A DNA stretch of 64,000 bases from Squalus acanthias (GCA_030390025.1 JASTWF010000035.1:4278001-4342000), one strand, 5' to 3'; shown: positions 37,102 through 49,879, counted from the stretch's first letter. Notes: generated from the sequence alone by a model not told the origin. Translations and numbers: made by a program.

Positions 37102-39570
37102 ATGTTACAGTGCTGGAGAGAGAGGATGTCCTGGAGGGGTCAAGGGCAGAATCTATTTGGTTAGAGTTAAGTAATAATCGAGGTGCCATTACACTACTAG
37201 GTATATTCTACAGGCCACCAACGAGTGGGAAAGATATGGAGGAGCAAATTTACAGAGAAATTACAGAGAGATGCAAGAACTATAGAGGAGTGATAATGGG
37301 GGACTTCAACTATCCTAATATAGACTGGGATAGTAATAATGTAAAGGGCAGAGAGGGGGAAGAATTTCTGAAGTGTGTTCAGGAGAACTTTCTTGATGAG
37401 TACGTTTCCGGCCCAACGAGGAAGGAGGCATTGCTGGATCTGGTTCTGGGGAATGAGGTGGGTCAAGTGGAGCAAGTGTCAGTAGGGGAACATTTAGGGA
37501 ACAGTGATCATAGTATCATAAGGTTTAGATTAGCTATGGAAAAGGACAGGGAGAAATCTAGAGTAAAAATACTTAATTGGAGGAAGGCAAATTTCAGTGG
37601 GTTGAGAATGGATCTGGCCCGGGTAAATCGGAATCAAAGATTGGCAGGCAAAACTGTAATCGAACAATGGGCTGCCTTTAAAGAGGAGATGGTTCGGGTA
37701 CAGTCGAGGTACATTCCCACGAGGGGGAAAGGTAGGGCAACCAAAGCCAGAAATCCCTGGATGACGAAAGAAAAAGAGCGTGTATGTCAGATGTCAGGTT
37801 GAGAATGCAGGTGAGAATCAGGCTGAATATAGAAAGTTCAGAGGGGAAGTGAAGAAGACAATAAGAGGGGCAAAAGAGAGTATGAGAATAGATTGGCAGC
37901 TAACATAAAAGGGAATTCAAAAGTCTTCTATAGGCATATAAATAGTAAACAGGTAGTAAGAAGAGGGGTGGGCCAATTAGGAGACCTACGCATGGAGGGC
38001 ATGGCTGAGGTACAACATGAGTACTTTGCATCTGTCTTCATCAAGGAAGAGGATGCTGCCATAGTGGAGATACTTGATAGGATAAAAATTGATGAAGAGG
38101 AGGTCTTAGAAAGGCTGGCTGTACATAAAGTAGATAAATCACCAGGAGCGGATGGGATGCATCCTAGGATGCTGAGGGAATTGAGGGAGCAAATCGCGGA
38201 GGTACTGGTCATAATCTTCCAATCCTCCTTAGAAACGGGGGTGGTGCCAGAGGACTGGAGAATTGCAAATGTTACACCCTTGTTCAAAAAAGGTGTAAAG
38301 ATAAACCCAGCAACTACAGGCCAGTCAATTTAACCTCGGTAGTGGGGAAGCTTTTAAAAACAGTAATCAGGCACAAAATTAACAATCACTTGGATAGGGG
38401 TGGATTAATTAAGGAAAGCCAGCACGGATTTGTGAAAGGAAAATCATGTTTAACTAACGAAATGGAGTTTTTTGATGAGGTAACAGAGGGTTGATGAGGG
38501 TAATGCGGTTGACGTAGTGTACATGGATTTCCAAAAGGCGTTTGAAAAAGTGCCACATAATAGGCTTACCAGCAAAGTTGAAGCCCATGGAATAAAAGGG
38601 ACAGTGGCAGCATGGATATGGAATTGGCTAAGTGACAGGAAACAGAGAGTAGTGGTGAACGGTTGTTTTTCGGACTGGAGGAAGGTATACAGTGGTGTTC
38701 CCCAGGGGTCGGTACTAGGACCACTGCTTTTCTTGATATAAATTAATGACTTGGACGTGGGTGTACAGGGCACAATTTCAAAATTTGCAGATGACACAAA
38801 TTCTTGGAAGTATAGTGAACAGTGAGGAGGAGAGTGATAGACTTCAGGAAGACATAGACAGGCTGGTGGAATTTAACAGAGAAAAGTGTGAAGGTGGCAG
38901 GGCAGGTTGAGAAAGCAGTTAAAAAGGCTTATGTGATCCTGGGCTTCATAAATAGAGGTATAGAGTACAAAAGTGTGGAAATTATGATGAACCTGTATAA
39001 AACACTGGTTCGGCCCCAACAGGAGTATTGTGTCCAATTCTGGGCACCACACTTTAGGAAGGATATAAAGGCCTTAGAGAGGGTGCAGAAAAGATTTACA
39101 AGAATGATTCCAGGGATGAGGGACTTCAGTTACGTTGATAGACTGGAGAAGCTGGGGTTGTTCTCTTTGGAGCAGAGAAGGTTGAGAGGAGATTTGATCG
39201 AGGTGTTCAAAATCATGAGGGGTCTGGACAGAGTAGATAGAGAGAAACTGTTCCCATTGGCAGAAGGGTCGAGAACCAGAGGACACAGATTTAAGGTGAT
39301 TGGCGAAAGAACCAAAGGCGACATGAGGAAAAACTTTTTTACGTAGCGAGAGGTTAGGATCTGGAATGCTCTGCCTGAGAGGGTGGTGGAGGCAGATTCA
39401 ATCACTGCTTTCAAAAGGGAATTGAATAAGTACCTGAAGGAAAAACATTTGCAGGGCTACGGGGAAAGGGCGGGGGAGTGGGACTAGCTGAAGTGCTCTT
39501 GCAGAGAGCGGCACGGGCTCGACGGGCCGTATGGCATCCTTCTGTGCTGTAACCATTCTATGATTCTATG

Positions 39571-39987
39571 GTGAGCCTCCTTCTTGAACCGCTGCAGTCC
39601 GTGTGGTGAAGGTACTCCCACAATGCTGTTAGGGAGGGATTCCAGGATTTTGACCCAGCGACGATGAAGGATCAGCCGATATATTTCAAGTCAGGATGGT
39701 GTGTGACTTGGAGGGGAACTTGGAGGTGGTGGTGTTCCCATGCGCCTGCTGCCCTTGTCCTTCTAGGTGGAAGAGGTCGCGGGTTTGGGAACTGCTGCCG
39801 AAGAAGCCTTGGCGAGGTGCTGCAGTGCATCTTGTAGATGATACACACTGCAGCCACGGTACGCCGGTGGTGGAGGGAGTGAATGTTTAAGGTGGTGGAT
39901 GGGGTGGCAATCAAGCGGGCTGCTTTGTCCTGGATGGTGTCGAGCTTCTTGAGTGTTGTTGGAGCTGCACTCATCCAGGCAAGTGGT
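39571..39987 (-). mobile_element. Non-LTR retrotransposon 3' fragment (CR1/L2 supergroup, different family)
   Basis: ORF 39672-39974 has KLDTIQDKAARLI...SLHHRRTVA...YKM, resembling the post-RT region of CR1/L2-group ORF2. Confidence 0.65.
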
Positions 39988-40050
39988 TTACACTGAGCTC
40001 ACTGGGATCTTTGCAGACCTTTTTTTGTGTTAATATTTTTCACACTTTAG

Positions 40051-40159
40051 GTGCCAGACCTGCACCTACCGCCTGTTTTGAAGATGTGAATGCTGCTGGG
40101 AATGATTATGGGAACTGCGGGAAGGATAGTGAAGGAACCTTCGTGAAATGTGAAAGGAG
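40051..40159 (+). CDS. ADAM33: ADAM33-like exon D (cysteine-rich domain; absent from the ORF track)
   Basis: cactttAG / GTgagt; 109 bp, phase 1/2; translated by hand as (G)ARPAPTACFEDVNAAGNDYGNCGKDSEGTFVKCER(S); phases join exons C and E. Confidence 0.92.
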
Positions 40160-40218
40160 GTGAGTGTAAGGGAGAGGGTGTGAGGAGCAATCACTGAGAT
40201 ATTGGGCGCGATGAATGA

Positions 40219-41590
40219 GAACATAAGAAATAGGAGCAGGAGTCGGCCATTCGGCCCCTTCGAGCCTGCTCCGTCATTCAATAAGATCATGGCTGATCTT
40301 CGACCTCAACTCCACTTTCCCGCCCAATCTCCATATCCCTTGATTCCCCTAGAGTCCAAAAATATCTCTCAGCCTTGAATATACTCAAAGACTCAGCATC
40401 CACAGAATCATAGAAATTTACAGCACAGCAGGAGGCCATTCGGCCCATCTTGTCTGTGCCGGCCGACAAAGAGCTCTCCATCCTAATCCCACTCTCCAGC
40501 ACTTGGTCCGTAGCCCTGTAGGTTACGGCACTTCCAAATACTTTTTAAATGCGTTGAGGGTTTCTGCCTCTACCACCCTTTCAGGCAGTGAGTTCCAGAC
40601 CCCCACCACCCTCTGGGTGAAAACAGTTCTCCTCAACTCCCCCCTAATCCTTCTACCAATTACTTTAAATCTATGCTCCCTGGTTATTGACCTCTCTGCT
40701 AAGGGAAATAGGTCCTTCCTATCCACTCTTTCTAGGCCCCTCATAATTTTATACACCTCAATTAAATCTCCCCTCAGTCTCCTCTGTTCCAAAGAAAACA
40801 ACCCCAGCCTATCCAATCTTTCCTCATAGCTAAAATTCCCCAGCCCAGGGAACATCCTCGTAAATCTCCGCTGTACCCTCTCTAGTGCAATCACAGCCTT
40901 CCTGTAATGTGGTGACCAGAACTGCACGCAGTACTCTAGCTACGGCCTAACTAGTGTTTTATACAGTTGAAGCATAACCCTCCTGTTCTTGTATTCTATG
41001 CCTCGGCTAATAAAGGCAAGCATTCCGTATGCCTTCTTAACCACCTTATCTACCTGGCCTGTTACCTTCAGGGATCTGTGGACATGCACTCCAAGGTCCC
41101 TTTGTTCCTCTACACTACTCAGTGTCCTACCATTTAATGTGTATTCCCTTTCCTTGTTAGCCCTCCCCAAATGCATTACCTCACACTTCTCCGGATTGAA
41201 TTCAATCTGCCACTGTCCTCTGGGGTAGAGAATTCCAAAAATTCACCACCCTCTGAGTGAAGAAATTTCTCCTCATCTCAGTCCTAAATGGCCGACCCCT
41301 TATTCTGAGACTGTGACCCCTGGTTCTAGACTCCCCAGCCAGGGGAAACATCCTCCCTGCATCTACCCTGTCAAGCCCTGTAAGAATTTTATACGTTTCA
41401 ATGAGATCACCTCTCATTCGTCTAAATTCTAGGGAAGATAGGCCCAGTCTACTCAATCTCTCCTGTAGGAATCCGTCTGGTGAACCTTCGTTGCACTTCC
41501 TCGAAGGCAAGTATATCCTTCCTTAGGTAAGGAGACCAAAACTGTGCACAGTACTCCAGGTGTGGTCTCACTAAAGCTCTACGTGATTGT
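40219..41590 (-). mobile_element. Two nested CR1 3' fragments in the same orientation (outer 40219-40404 plus ~41215-41590; inner 40405-~41214)
   Basis: Two tails (40219 and 40405); the outer copy breaks at gcatccacag and resumes at cctctggggtagagaattcc. Confidence 0.82.
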
Positions 41591-44210
41591 AATGTTCTCT
41601 GGTTCCACTCTAATCTCTGACCATTGCCTTGTTTCCGTCACCATCCATGTCTCAGTCACCCATCAACCCTCACTGCCTCCTGCACCCCCAAAGAAAAACC
41701 TTCCCACAGGCCACTGCCAACCGTCCACTGCCCTCAGACCCTCACTTCACCCTGGTACCCCTGCCTCTGTTGGGTGCCTCCATCACTTCCTCACTTCTAC
41801 CTTTGCCCTTGTCCCTGGAAAAACAGCCAGTGTTTTCCATCTCAGCTGTTCCCCTGGGTACGACCCCCATCTGCCCTCCCTTCAGTCCAACGGACCTAGG
41901 CTTGAGAGTATCTGGTAGACAACTCGTTTAACTGTCCATTGCCAGATCTGACTGGACCACATCAAGCTCTATCAGATCTCACTCTCTCCCATTTCAGTGG
42001 GATGAGAACGGATCTGGCCCGGGTAAACTGGAATCAAAGATTGGCAGGCAAAACTGTAATGGAACAATGGGCTGCCTTTAAAGAGATGGTTCAGGTACAG
42101 TTTAGGTACATTCCCACTAGGTCAACTAAAGTCAGAGCTCCCTGGATGATGAAAGAGATAGAGAATATGATGAAGCAGAAAAAAGAGCGCGTATGACAGA
42201 TGTCAGGTTGCAAATACATCTGAGAATCAGGCTATATATAGAACGGTCAGAGGAGAAGTGAAAAAGAAAATAAGAGGGGCAAAGAGAGGGTATGAGAATA
42301 GAATGGCAACCAACATAAAAGGTAATCCAAAAGTCTTCTATAGGCATATAAATAGTAAAAGGGTAGTAAGAGGAGGGGTGGGGCTGATTCGGGACCAAAA
42401 AGGAGACCTATGCATGGAGGCAGAGGGTATGGCTGAGGTACTAAATGAGTACTTTGCATCTGTCTTCACCAAGGAAGAGGATGCTGCCATAGACATAGTG
42501 AAGGAGGAGGTAGTGGAGATAATTGATAGGATAAAAATTGATAAAGAGGAGGTATTAGAAAGGCTGGCTGTACTTAAAGTAGATAAATCACCAGGAGCAG
42601 ATGGGATGCATCCTAGGATGCTGAGGGAATTGAGGGAGGAAATCGCGGAGGTACTGGCCATAATATTCCAATCCTCCTGAGATACAGGGGTGGTGCCAGA
42701 GGACTGGGGAATTGCAAATGTTAAACCATTGTTCAAAAAAGGTGTAAAGATAAACCCAGCAACTACAGGCCAGTCAGTTTAACCTCGGTAGTGGGGAAGC
42801 TTTTAGAAACAATAATCAGGGACAAAATTAACAGTCACTTGGACACATGTGGATTAATTAAGGAAAGCCAGCATGGATTTGTTAAAGGCAAATCGTGTTT
42901 AACTACCTTGATTGAGTTCTTTGATGAGGTAACAGAGGGTTGATGAGGGCAATGCGGTTGACGTAGTGTACATGGATTTCCAAAAGGTGTTCAACAAAGT
43001 GCCACATAATAGGCTTGCCAGCAAAGTTGAAGCCCATGGAATAAAAGGGACAGTGGCAGCATGGATACAAAATCGGCCAAGTGATAGGAAACAGAAAGTA
43101 ATGGTGAACGGTTGTTTTTCGGACTGGAGGAAGGTATACAGTGGTGTTCCCCAGGGGTCGGTTCTAGGACCACTGCTTTTCTTGATATATATTAATGACT
43201 TGGATGTGGGTGTACAGGGCACAATTTCAAAATTTGCAGATGACACAAAACTTGGAAGTATAGTGAACAGTGAGGAGGAGAGTGATAGACTTCAGGAAGA
43301 CATAGACAGGCTGGTGAAATGGGCGGACACGTGGCAGATGAAATTTAACGCAGAAAAATGTGAAGGTGGCAGAGCAGGTTGAGAAAGCAGTTAAAAAGGC
43401 TTATGGGATCCTGGGCTTCATGAATAGAGGTATGGAGTACAAAAGTGATGAACCCTTATAAAACACTGGTTCGGCCCCAACTGAAGTATTGTGTCCAATT
43501 CTGGGCATCGCACTTTAGGAACGATATGAAGACCTTAGAGAGGGTGCAGAAAAGATTTACAAGAATGATTCCAGGAATGAGGGACTTCAGTTATGTTGAT
43601 AAACTGGATAAACTGGGGTTGTTCTCCTTGGAGCAGAGAAGATTGAAAGGAGATTTGATAGAGGGAAACTGTTCCCATTGGCAGAAGCTCGAGAACCAGA
43701 GGACACAGATTTAAGGTGATTGGCAAAAGAACCAAAGGCGACATAAGAAAAAACTTGTTTACGCAGCGAGTGGTTAGGATCTGGAATGCATTGCCTGAAA
43801 GGATGGTGGAGGCAGATTCAATCGTGGCTTTCAAAAGGGAGTTGGATAAGTACCTGAAGGAAAGAAATTTTCAGGACTATGGGGAGAGGGTGGGGGAGTG
43901 GGACTAGCTGAAGTTCTCTTGCAGAGAGCCGGCACGGGCTCGATGGGCCGAATGGCCATCTTCTATGCTGTAACCACTCTATGATTCTATGAAAACACCC
44001 ACTACTCCAGGATCATCCTGAGAGCAAAGATAACCAGCAGCTTCTCTTCACCATAAACCGTCTCCTTAAACCCCTCTCCCCTCACCTCTGCTCCTGCACC
44101 CTTCCACCCCACCCTCACCTCCAACCGGTGCGAGGAGCTCATGGATTTCTTTATCAGTAAGATTGAGACAGTCCGTCTAGCTGCCTATGCCGCTCCGCTC
44201 CCTTCCTCTT
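41590..44210 (+). mobile_element. Decayed L2-like LINE fragment split by a CR1 (41590-41990 and 43993-44210)
   Basis: Pyrimidine-rich sequence with an SDH-like segment (tctgaccat); the two pieces look continuous across the CR1. Family call is from recall. Confidence 0.55.
41990..43992 (+). mobile_element. 5'-truncated CR1 copy J, close relative of 37590-39570
   Basis: Collinear RT fragments (ORFs 42258, 42966, 43445, 43716) and ATTCTATG-type tail. Confidence 0.9.
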
Positions 44211-44335
44211 GTAATGTGGGAAACACGGCCGCCAATTTGTGCACAGCAAGCTTCCATAAACAGCAATGTGATAATGACCAGATAATCTGTTTTTGTGATG
44301 TTAGTTGAGGGATAAATATTGGCTAAGTTATGGCT
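44210..44335 (-). mobile_element. DeuSINE (SacSINE1/AmnSINE1-like) fragment
   Basis: Reverse complement contains gctgtgcacaaattggcggccgtgtttcccacattaca, resembling the remembered Deu-domain SINE sequence; not checked by search. Confidence 0.55.
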
Positions 44336-44361
44336 GGATTATAAGATTGTGCTGTAGTGGG

Positions 44362-47300
44362 TAATGTTATAGGGGGGTTTATGTTATAGGGGGGTTTATG
44401 TTATGGGGGGTTTATGTTATGGGGGGTTTATGTTATGGGGGTTGATGTTATGGGGGGTTTATGCTATGGGGGGTTTATGTTATGGGGGGTTTATGCTATG
44501 GGGGGTTTATGTTATGGGGGGTTTATGCTATGGGGGGTTTATGCTATGGGGGGTTTATGCTATGGGGGGTTTATGCTATGGGGGGTTTATGTTATGGGGG
44601 GTTTATGTTATGGGGGGTTTATGTTATGGGGGTTTATGTTATGGGGGGTTTATGCTGTGGGGGGTTTATGTTATGGGGGTTTATGTTATGGGGGGTTTAT
44701 GTTATGGGGGTTTATGTTATGGGGGGTTTATGTTATGGGGGGTTTATGCTATGGGAGTTTATGTTATGGGGGTTTATGTTATGGGGGGTTTATGTTATGG
44801 GGATTTATGTTATGGGGATTTATGTTATGGGGGGTTTATGTTATGGGGGGTTTATGTTATGGGGGGTTTATGTTATGGGGGGTTTATGTTATGGGGGGTT
44901 TATGCTATGGGAGTTTATGTTATGGGGGGTTTATGTTATGGGGGGTTTATGTTATGGGGGGTTTATGTTATGGGGGGTTTATGTTATGGGGGGTTTATGC
45001 TATGGGAGTTTATGTTATGGGGGGTTTATGTTATGGGGGGTTTATGTTATGGGGGGTTTATGCTATGGGAGTTTATGTTATGGGGGTTTATGTTATGGGG
45101 GGTTTATGTTATGGGGGTTTATGTTATGGGGGGTTTATGTTATGGGGGGTTTATGTTATGGGGGGTTTATGCTATGGGAGTTTATGTTATGGGGGTTTAT
45201 GTTATGGGGGGTTTATGTTATGGGGGTTTATGTTATGGGGGGTTTATGTTATGGGGGGTTTATGTTATGGGGGTTTATGTTATGGGGGTTTATGTTATGG
45301 GGGGTTTATGTTATGGGGGGTTTATGTTATGGGGGGTTTATGTATTGGGGGTTTATGTTATGGGGGGTTTATGTTATGGGGGGTTTATGTTATGGGGGTT
45401 TATGTTATGGGGGTTTATGTTATGGGGGGTTTATGTTATGGGGGGTTTATGTTATGGGGATTTATGTTATGGGGATTTATGTTATGGGGATTTATGTTAT
45501 GGGGATTTATGTTATGGGGGTTTATGTTATGGGGGGTTTATGTTATGGGGGGTTTATGTTATGGGGGGTTTATGCTATGGGAGTTTATGTTATGGGGGTT
45601 TATGTTATGGGGGGTTTATGTTATGGGGGGTTTATGTTATGGGGGGTTTATGTATTGGGGGTTTATGTTATGGGGGTTTATGTTATGGGGGTTTATGCTA
45701 CGGGGGTTTATGTTACGGGGGGTTTATGTTACGGGGGGTTTATGTTATGGGGGGTTTATGTATTGGGGGTTTATGTTATGGGGGTTTATGTTATGGGGGT
45801 TTATGCTACGGGGGTTTATGTTACGGGGGGTTTATGTTATGGGGATTTATGTTATGGGGGGTTTATGTTATGGGGGTTTATGTTATGGGGATTTATGTTA
45901 TGGGGGTTTATGCTATGGGGGGTTTATGTTATGGGGGGTTTATGTTATGGGGGGTTTATGTTATGGGGGTTTATGTTATGGGGGTTTATGTTATGGGGAT
46001 TTATGTTATGGGGATTTATGTTATGGGGGGTTTATGTTATGGGGGGTTTATGTTATGGGGGGTTTATGTTATGGGGGTTTATGTTATGGGGGGTTTATGT
46101 TATGGGGGTTTATGCTATGGGGGTTTATGTTATGGGGGTTTATGTTATGGGGGATTATGTTATGGGGGGTTTATGTTATGGGGGTTTATGTTATGGGGGG
46201 TTTATGTTATGGGGGGTTTATGTTATGGGGGTTTATGTTATGGGGGTTTATGTTATGGGGGGTTTATGTTATGGGGGTTTATGTTATGGGGGTTTATGTT
46301 ATGGGGGTTTATGTTATACGGGGGTTTATGTTATGGGGGGTTTATGTTATGGGGGGTTTATGTTATCGGGGGTTTATGTTATGGGGGTTTATGTTATGGG
46401 GGTTTATGTTATGGGGGTTTATGTTATGGGGGTTTATGTTATGGGGGTTTATGTTATGGGGGTTTATGTTATACGGGGGTTTATGTTATGGGGGGTTTAT
46501 GTTATGGGGGTTTATGTTATGGGGGGTTTATGTTATGGGGGTTTATGTTATGGGGGGTTTATGTTATGGGGGGTTTATGTTATGGGGGAATATGTTATGG
46601 GGGTTTATGTTATACGGGGGTTTATGTTATGGGGGTTTATGTTATGGGGGTTTATGTTATGGGGGGTTTATGTTATGGGGGGTTTATGTTATGGGGGTTT
46701 ATGTTATGGGGGGTTTATGTTATGGGGGGTTTATGTTATGGGGGTTTATGCTATGGGGGGTTTATGTTATGGGGGGTTTATGTTATGGGGGGTTTATGTT
46801 ATGGGGGGTTTATGTTATAGGGGGTTTATGTTATGGGGGGTTTATGTTATGGGGGGTTTATGTTATGGGGGGTTTATGTTATGGGGGTTTATGTTATGGG
46901 GGGTTTATGTTATGGGGGGTTTATGTTATGGGGGTTTATGTTATGGGGGGTTTATGTTATGGGGGTTTATGTTATGGGGGTTTATGTTATACGGGGGTTT
47001 ATGTTATGGGGGTTTATGTTATGGGGGGTTTATGTTATGGGGGTTTATGTTATGGGGGTTTATGTTATGGGGGTTTATGTTATGGGGGTTTATGTTATGG
47101 GGGGTTTATGTTATGGGGGTTTATGCTATGGGGGGTTTATGTTATGGGGGTTTATGTTATGGGGGGTTTATGTTATGGGGGGTTTATGTTATAGGGGGGT
47201 TTATGTTATGGGGGGTTTATGTTATGGGGGGTTTATGTTATAGGGGGGTTTATGTTATGGGGGGTTTATGTTATGGGGGGTTTATGTTATGGGGGGTTTA
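44362..47300. repeat. 15-16-bp G-tract minisatellite (TTTATGTTATG5-6)
   Basis: About 190 tandem units with almost no C on the + strand. Confidence 0.97.
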
Positions 47301-47323
47301 TAAGATCGTCCTATGGATCGATT

Positions 47324-47964
47324 GGCCTGGACTTTAGCCTGGAGGCACATTCTGTGCGGGGGTGGGGGTTGGGGGGTGGGGGGATCTGTTTTGAGGGACT
47401 CCCGGGCTTCCCGAACGTCCGGCAGTACTGCAGGACCTCTTTAAATCTCTTCTGTAGGTTTTCAGCCCACAGCCAGCCCGATTGACAGGCGGGAATTCCT
47501 ACAGCGGGCCTGGCCTGAGAGCAGGTGGGTCTAGTGGGGGCGGGTCCGATCGTGGCGGGGGGGGGGAGCAGACAGATGGCGGGGTGGGGGGTGGGGGGGG
47601 TCAGGGTTTACTGGAGGAAACACTCCTGCTCCTCCTGGCCCTCAAGCAGTGCTGTAAAGGCACTCGTGGATTCAGCTTTTCTCTCCTTCTTTCAGCTGCC
47701 GAGTTTCCCGAGGTCCGGGAAACCCAGCCACCTGTGGTTAAAAATAGAATGACTGTTAAAATGAAGGCACGCAGCCTCATTATAATATTTAAATGACCAA
47801 CCCGCTTCACGTGAGCAGATTGGTCACCAGCCCCGCATCCTGCCTCCGTTATAACCAGAAGTGGGCGGGTTCGAGGCAGGATCGCTTCCTGTTCCAGATT
47901 TTTTGCATTTTAACCTCTGACACTACCCCAACCCACCCGTTGTGTGGGAGCTAAAATTCAGCCC
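47324..47964. mobile_element. Second TIR-bounded non-autonomous DNA element (Harbinger-like)
   Basis: Ends GGCCTGGACTTTAGC / GCTAAAATTCAGCCC (12 of 15 complementary), flanked by ATT and AAT. Confidence 0.5.
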
Positions 47965-48004
47965 AATATGTTTAGGGTGGATTAAAAGATTATCTTGTAC
48001 AGAG

Positions 48005-48510
48005 TTTACGGCGTGGAGGGGTTAGGGCGCGGAGGGGTTAGGGCGCGGAGGGGTTAGGGCGTGGAGGGGTTAGGGCGCGGAGGGGTTAGGGCGCGGAGGG
48101 GTTAGGGCGCGGAGGGGTTAGGGCGCGGAGGGGTTAGGGTGTGGAGGGGTTAGGGCGCGGAGGGGTTAGGGCGCGGAGGGGTTAGGGCGGGAGGGGTTAG
48201 GGCGCGGAGGGGTTAGGGCGTAGAGAGGTTAGGGTGTGGAGGGGTTAGGGCGGGAGGGGTTAGGGCGCGGAGGGGTTAGGGGTTAGGGCGTAGAGAGGTT
48301 ACGGCGTAGAGGGGTTAGGGCGTAGAGAGGTTACGGCGTAGAGGGGTTAGGGCGCGGAGGGGTTAGGGCGCAGAGAGGTTAGGGCGTAGAGAGGTTACGG
48401 CGTAGAGAGGTTACGGCGTAGAGGGGTTAGGGCGTAGAGAGGTTACGGCGTAGAGGGGTTAGGGCGTAGAGAGGTTACGGCGTAGAGGGGTTAGGGTGTA
48501 GAGGGGTTAT
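48005..48510. repeat. 17-bp minisatellite containing TTAGGG (GCGCGGAGGGGTTAGGG-like)
   Basis: About 30 units, most with a TTAGGG hexamer and some with TTACGG. Confidence 0.93.
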
Positions 48511-48638
48511 GGTGTTGGATTGTCCTGTGCAATAGGCTATTGGTTGCTGCGTTGCTTGTGATCTCCAGTCAGCTCAGTGAATTGTTCCCTGTCGATCTAA
48601 CTAACAATGGGTCTAATGTTCTACTGCTGTCTCTGCAG

Positions 48639-48843
48639 TGATGCGATGTGTGGGAAGATTCAGTGTCAGAGCTCTGCCAAGAACCCCAAGGATCGCAATA
48701 CCGTTTCCATAGATACGACCATCCGATTCAACGGCAGGGAGGTGAAGTGTCGCGGGGCATACCTGTACTCAACCGAGAATGGCCAGGAGGACCTGCCGGA
48801 CCCCGGCCTGGTCAGAACTGGCACCAAGTGTGGGGATGGCAGG
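48639..48843 (+). CDS. ADAM33: ADAM33-like exon E (cysteine-rich domain)
   Basis: ctctgcAG / GTaagg; 205 bp, phase 2/0; DAMCGKIQCQ...DPGLVRTGTKCGDGR. Confidence 0.92.
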
Positions 48844-49064
48844 GTAAGGATCAAGCTTGACAGAGGTGTGCAGCACTGGTGGTGGAAGGGACCTGATGAT
48901 GATTGTGTGTGTGTGTGTTGATGCGTGGGGTTCTGTTATAGAATGGGGTGGGTTATATTCAGGGTGTTGGTACACTACAGATTGTTTACACGGGAAAGTC
49001 CAAATTCACATCCTGCTCCTGTTTTAGGGCAGTTTCTTGGAATGTTGTCATATATCCTCACTGC

Positions 49065-49670
49065 GACACTGGGTGTGAGCGGACACTGGGTGTGAGCGGA
49101 CACTGGGTGTGAGCGGGCACTGGGTGTGAGCGGGCACTGGGTGTGAGCGGACACTGGGTGTGAGCGGACACTGGGTGTGAGTCGACACTGGGTGTGAGCG
49201 GACACTGGGTGTGAGCGGGCACTGGGTGTGAGCCGACACTGGGTGTGAGCGGACACTGGGTGTGAGCGGGCACTGGGTGTGAGCCGGCACTGGGTGTGAG
49301 CCGGCACTGGGTGTGAGCCGGCACTGGGTGTGAGCCGACACTGGGTGTGAGCCGGCACTGGGTGTGAGCCGGCACTGGGTGTGAGCGGACACTGGGTGTG
49401 AGCGGACACTGGGTGTAAGCCGACACTGGGTGTGAGCGGACACTGGGTGTGAGCCGACACTGGGTGTGAGCGGGCACTGGGTGTGAGCGGGCACTGGGTG
49501 TGAGCGGGCACTGGGTGTGAGCCGACACTGGGTGTACGAGGGCACTGGGTGTACGAGGGCACTGGGTGTGAGCGGGCACTGGGTGTACGAGGGCACTGGG
49601 TGTACGAGGGCACTGGGTGTGAGCGGACACTGGGTGTGAGCGGGCACTGGGTGTGAGCGGGCACTGGGTG
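49065..49670. repeat. 17-18-bp minisatellite (CACTGGGTGTGAGCGGR)
   Basis: Tandem array in the intron between exons E and F. Confidence 0.95.
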
Positions 49671-49783
49671 TTCGTGCTCAATTTTTTCTCACACTGTCTC
49701 GATATATTTTCAGAACTAGTAAAGTGTGAAACATTAGTGACCGGTGTTATTTCTTGCTGTGATTTGCTGCTCTCTCTGCCCAG

Positions 49784-49861
49784 GTTTGCATGGACAGGCG
49801 ATGTCAGAACGCTTCCTTCCTCGATGTGAGCAAATGTGTGGAGAAGTGTCACGGACACGGG
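49784..49861 (+). CDS. ADAM33: ADAM33-like exon F (end of cysteine-rich domain, start of EGF-like domain)
   Basis: ctgcccAG / GTaagc; 78 bp, phase 0/0; VCMDRRCQNASFLDVSKCVEKCHGHG. Confidence 0.92.
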
Positions 49862-49879
49862 GTAAGCAGCTTACACTCG

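Larger units (their letters stand above)
32140..39570 (+). mobile_element. CR1 region E, decayed, spanning ORF1 to 3' tail, interrupted twice
   Basis: ORF1 32203-33132; endonuclease pieces at 33291-33367, 33518-33662 and 37102-37800; RT pieces to about 39490; ATTCTATG tail at 39554-39570. Confidence 0.88.

Noticed and set aside
44403..47337. 800-960 aa ORFs (also 52548-55892, 30413-32060, 25979-29032, 57166-58400, 11103-12041 and those in 1-10517)
   Set aside because: Low-complexity translations of stop-free tandem repeats, often open in several frames at once and lying in introns; only the portions matching ADAM exons are credible.
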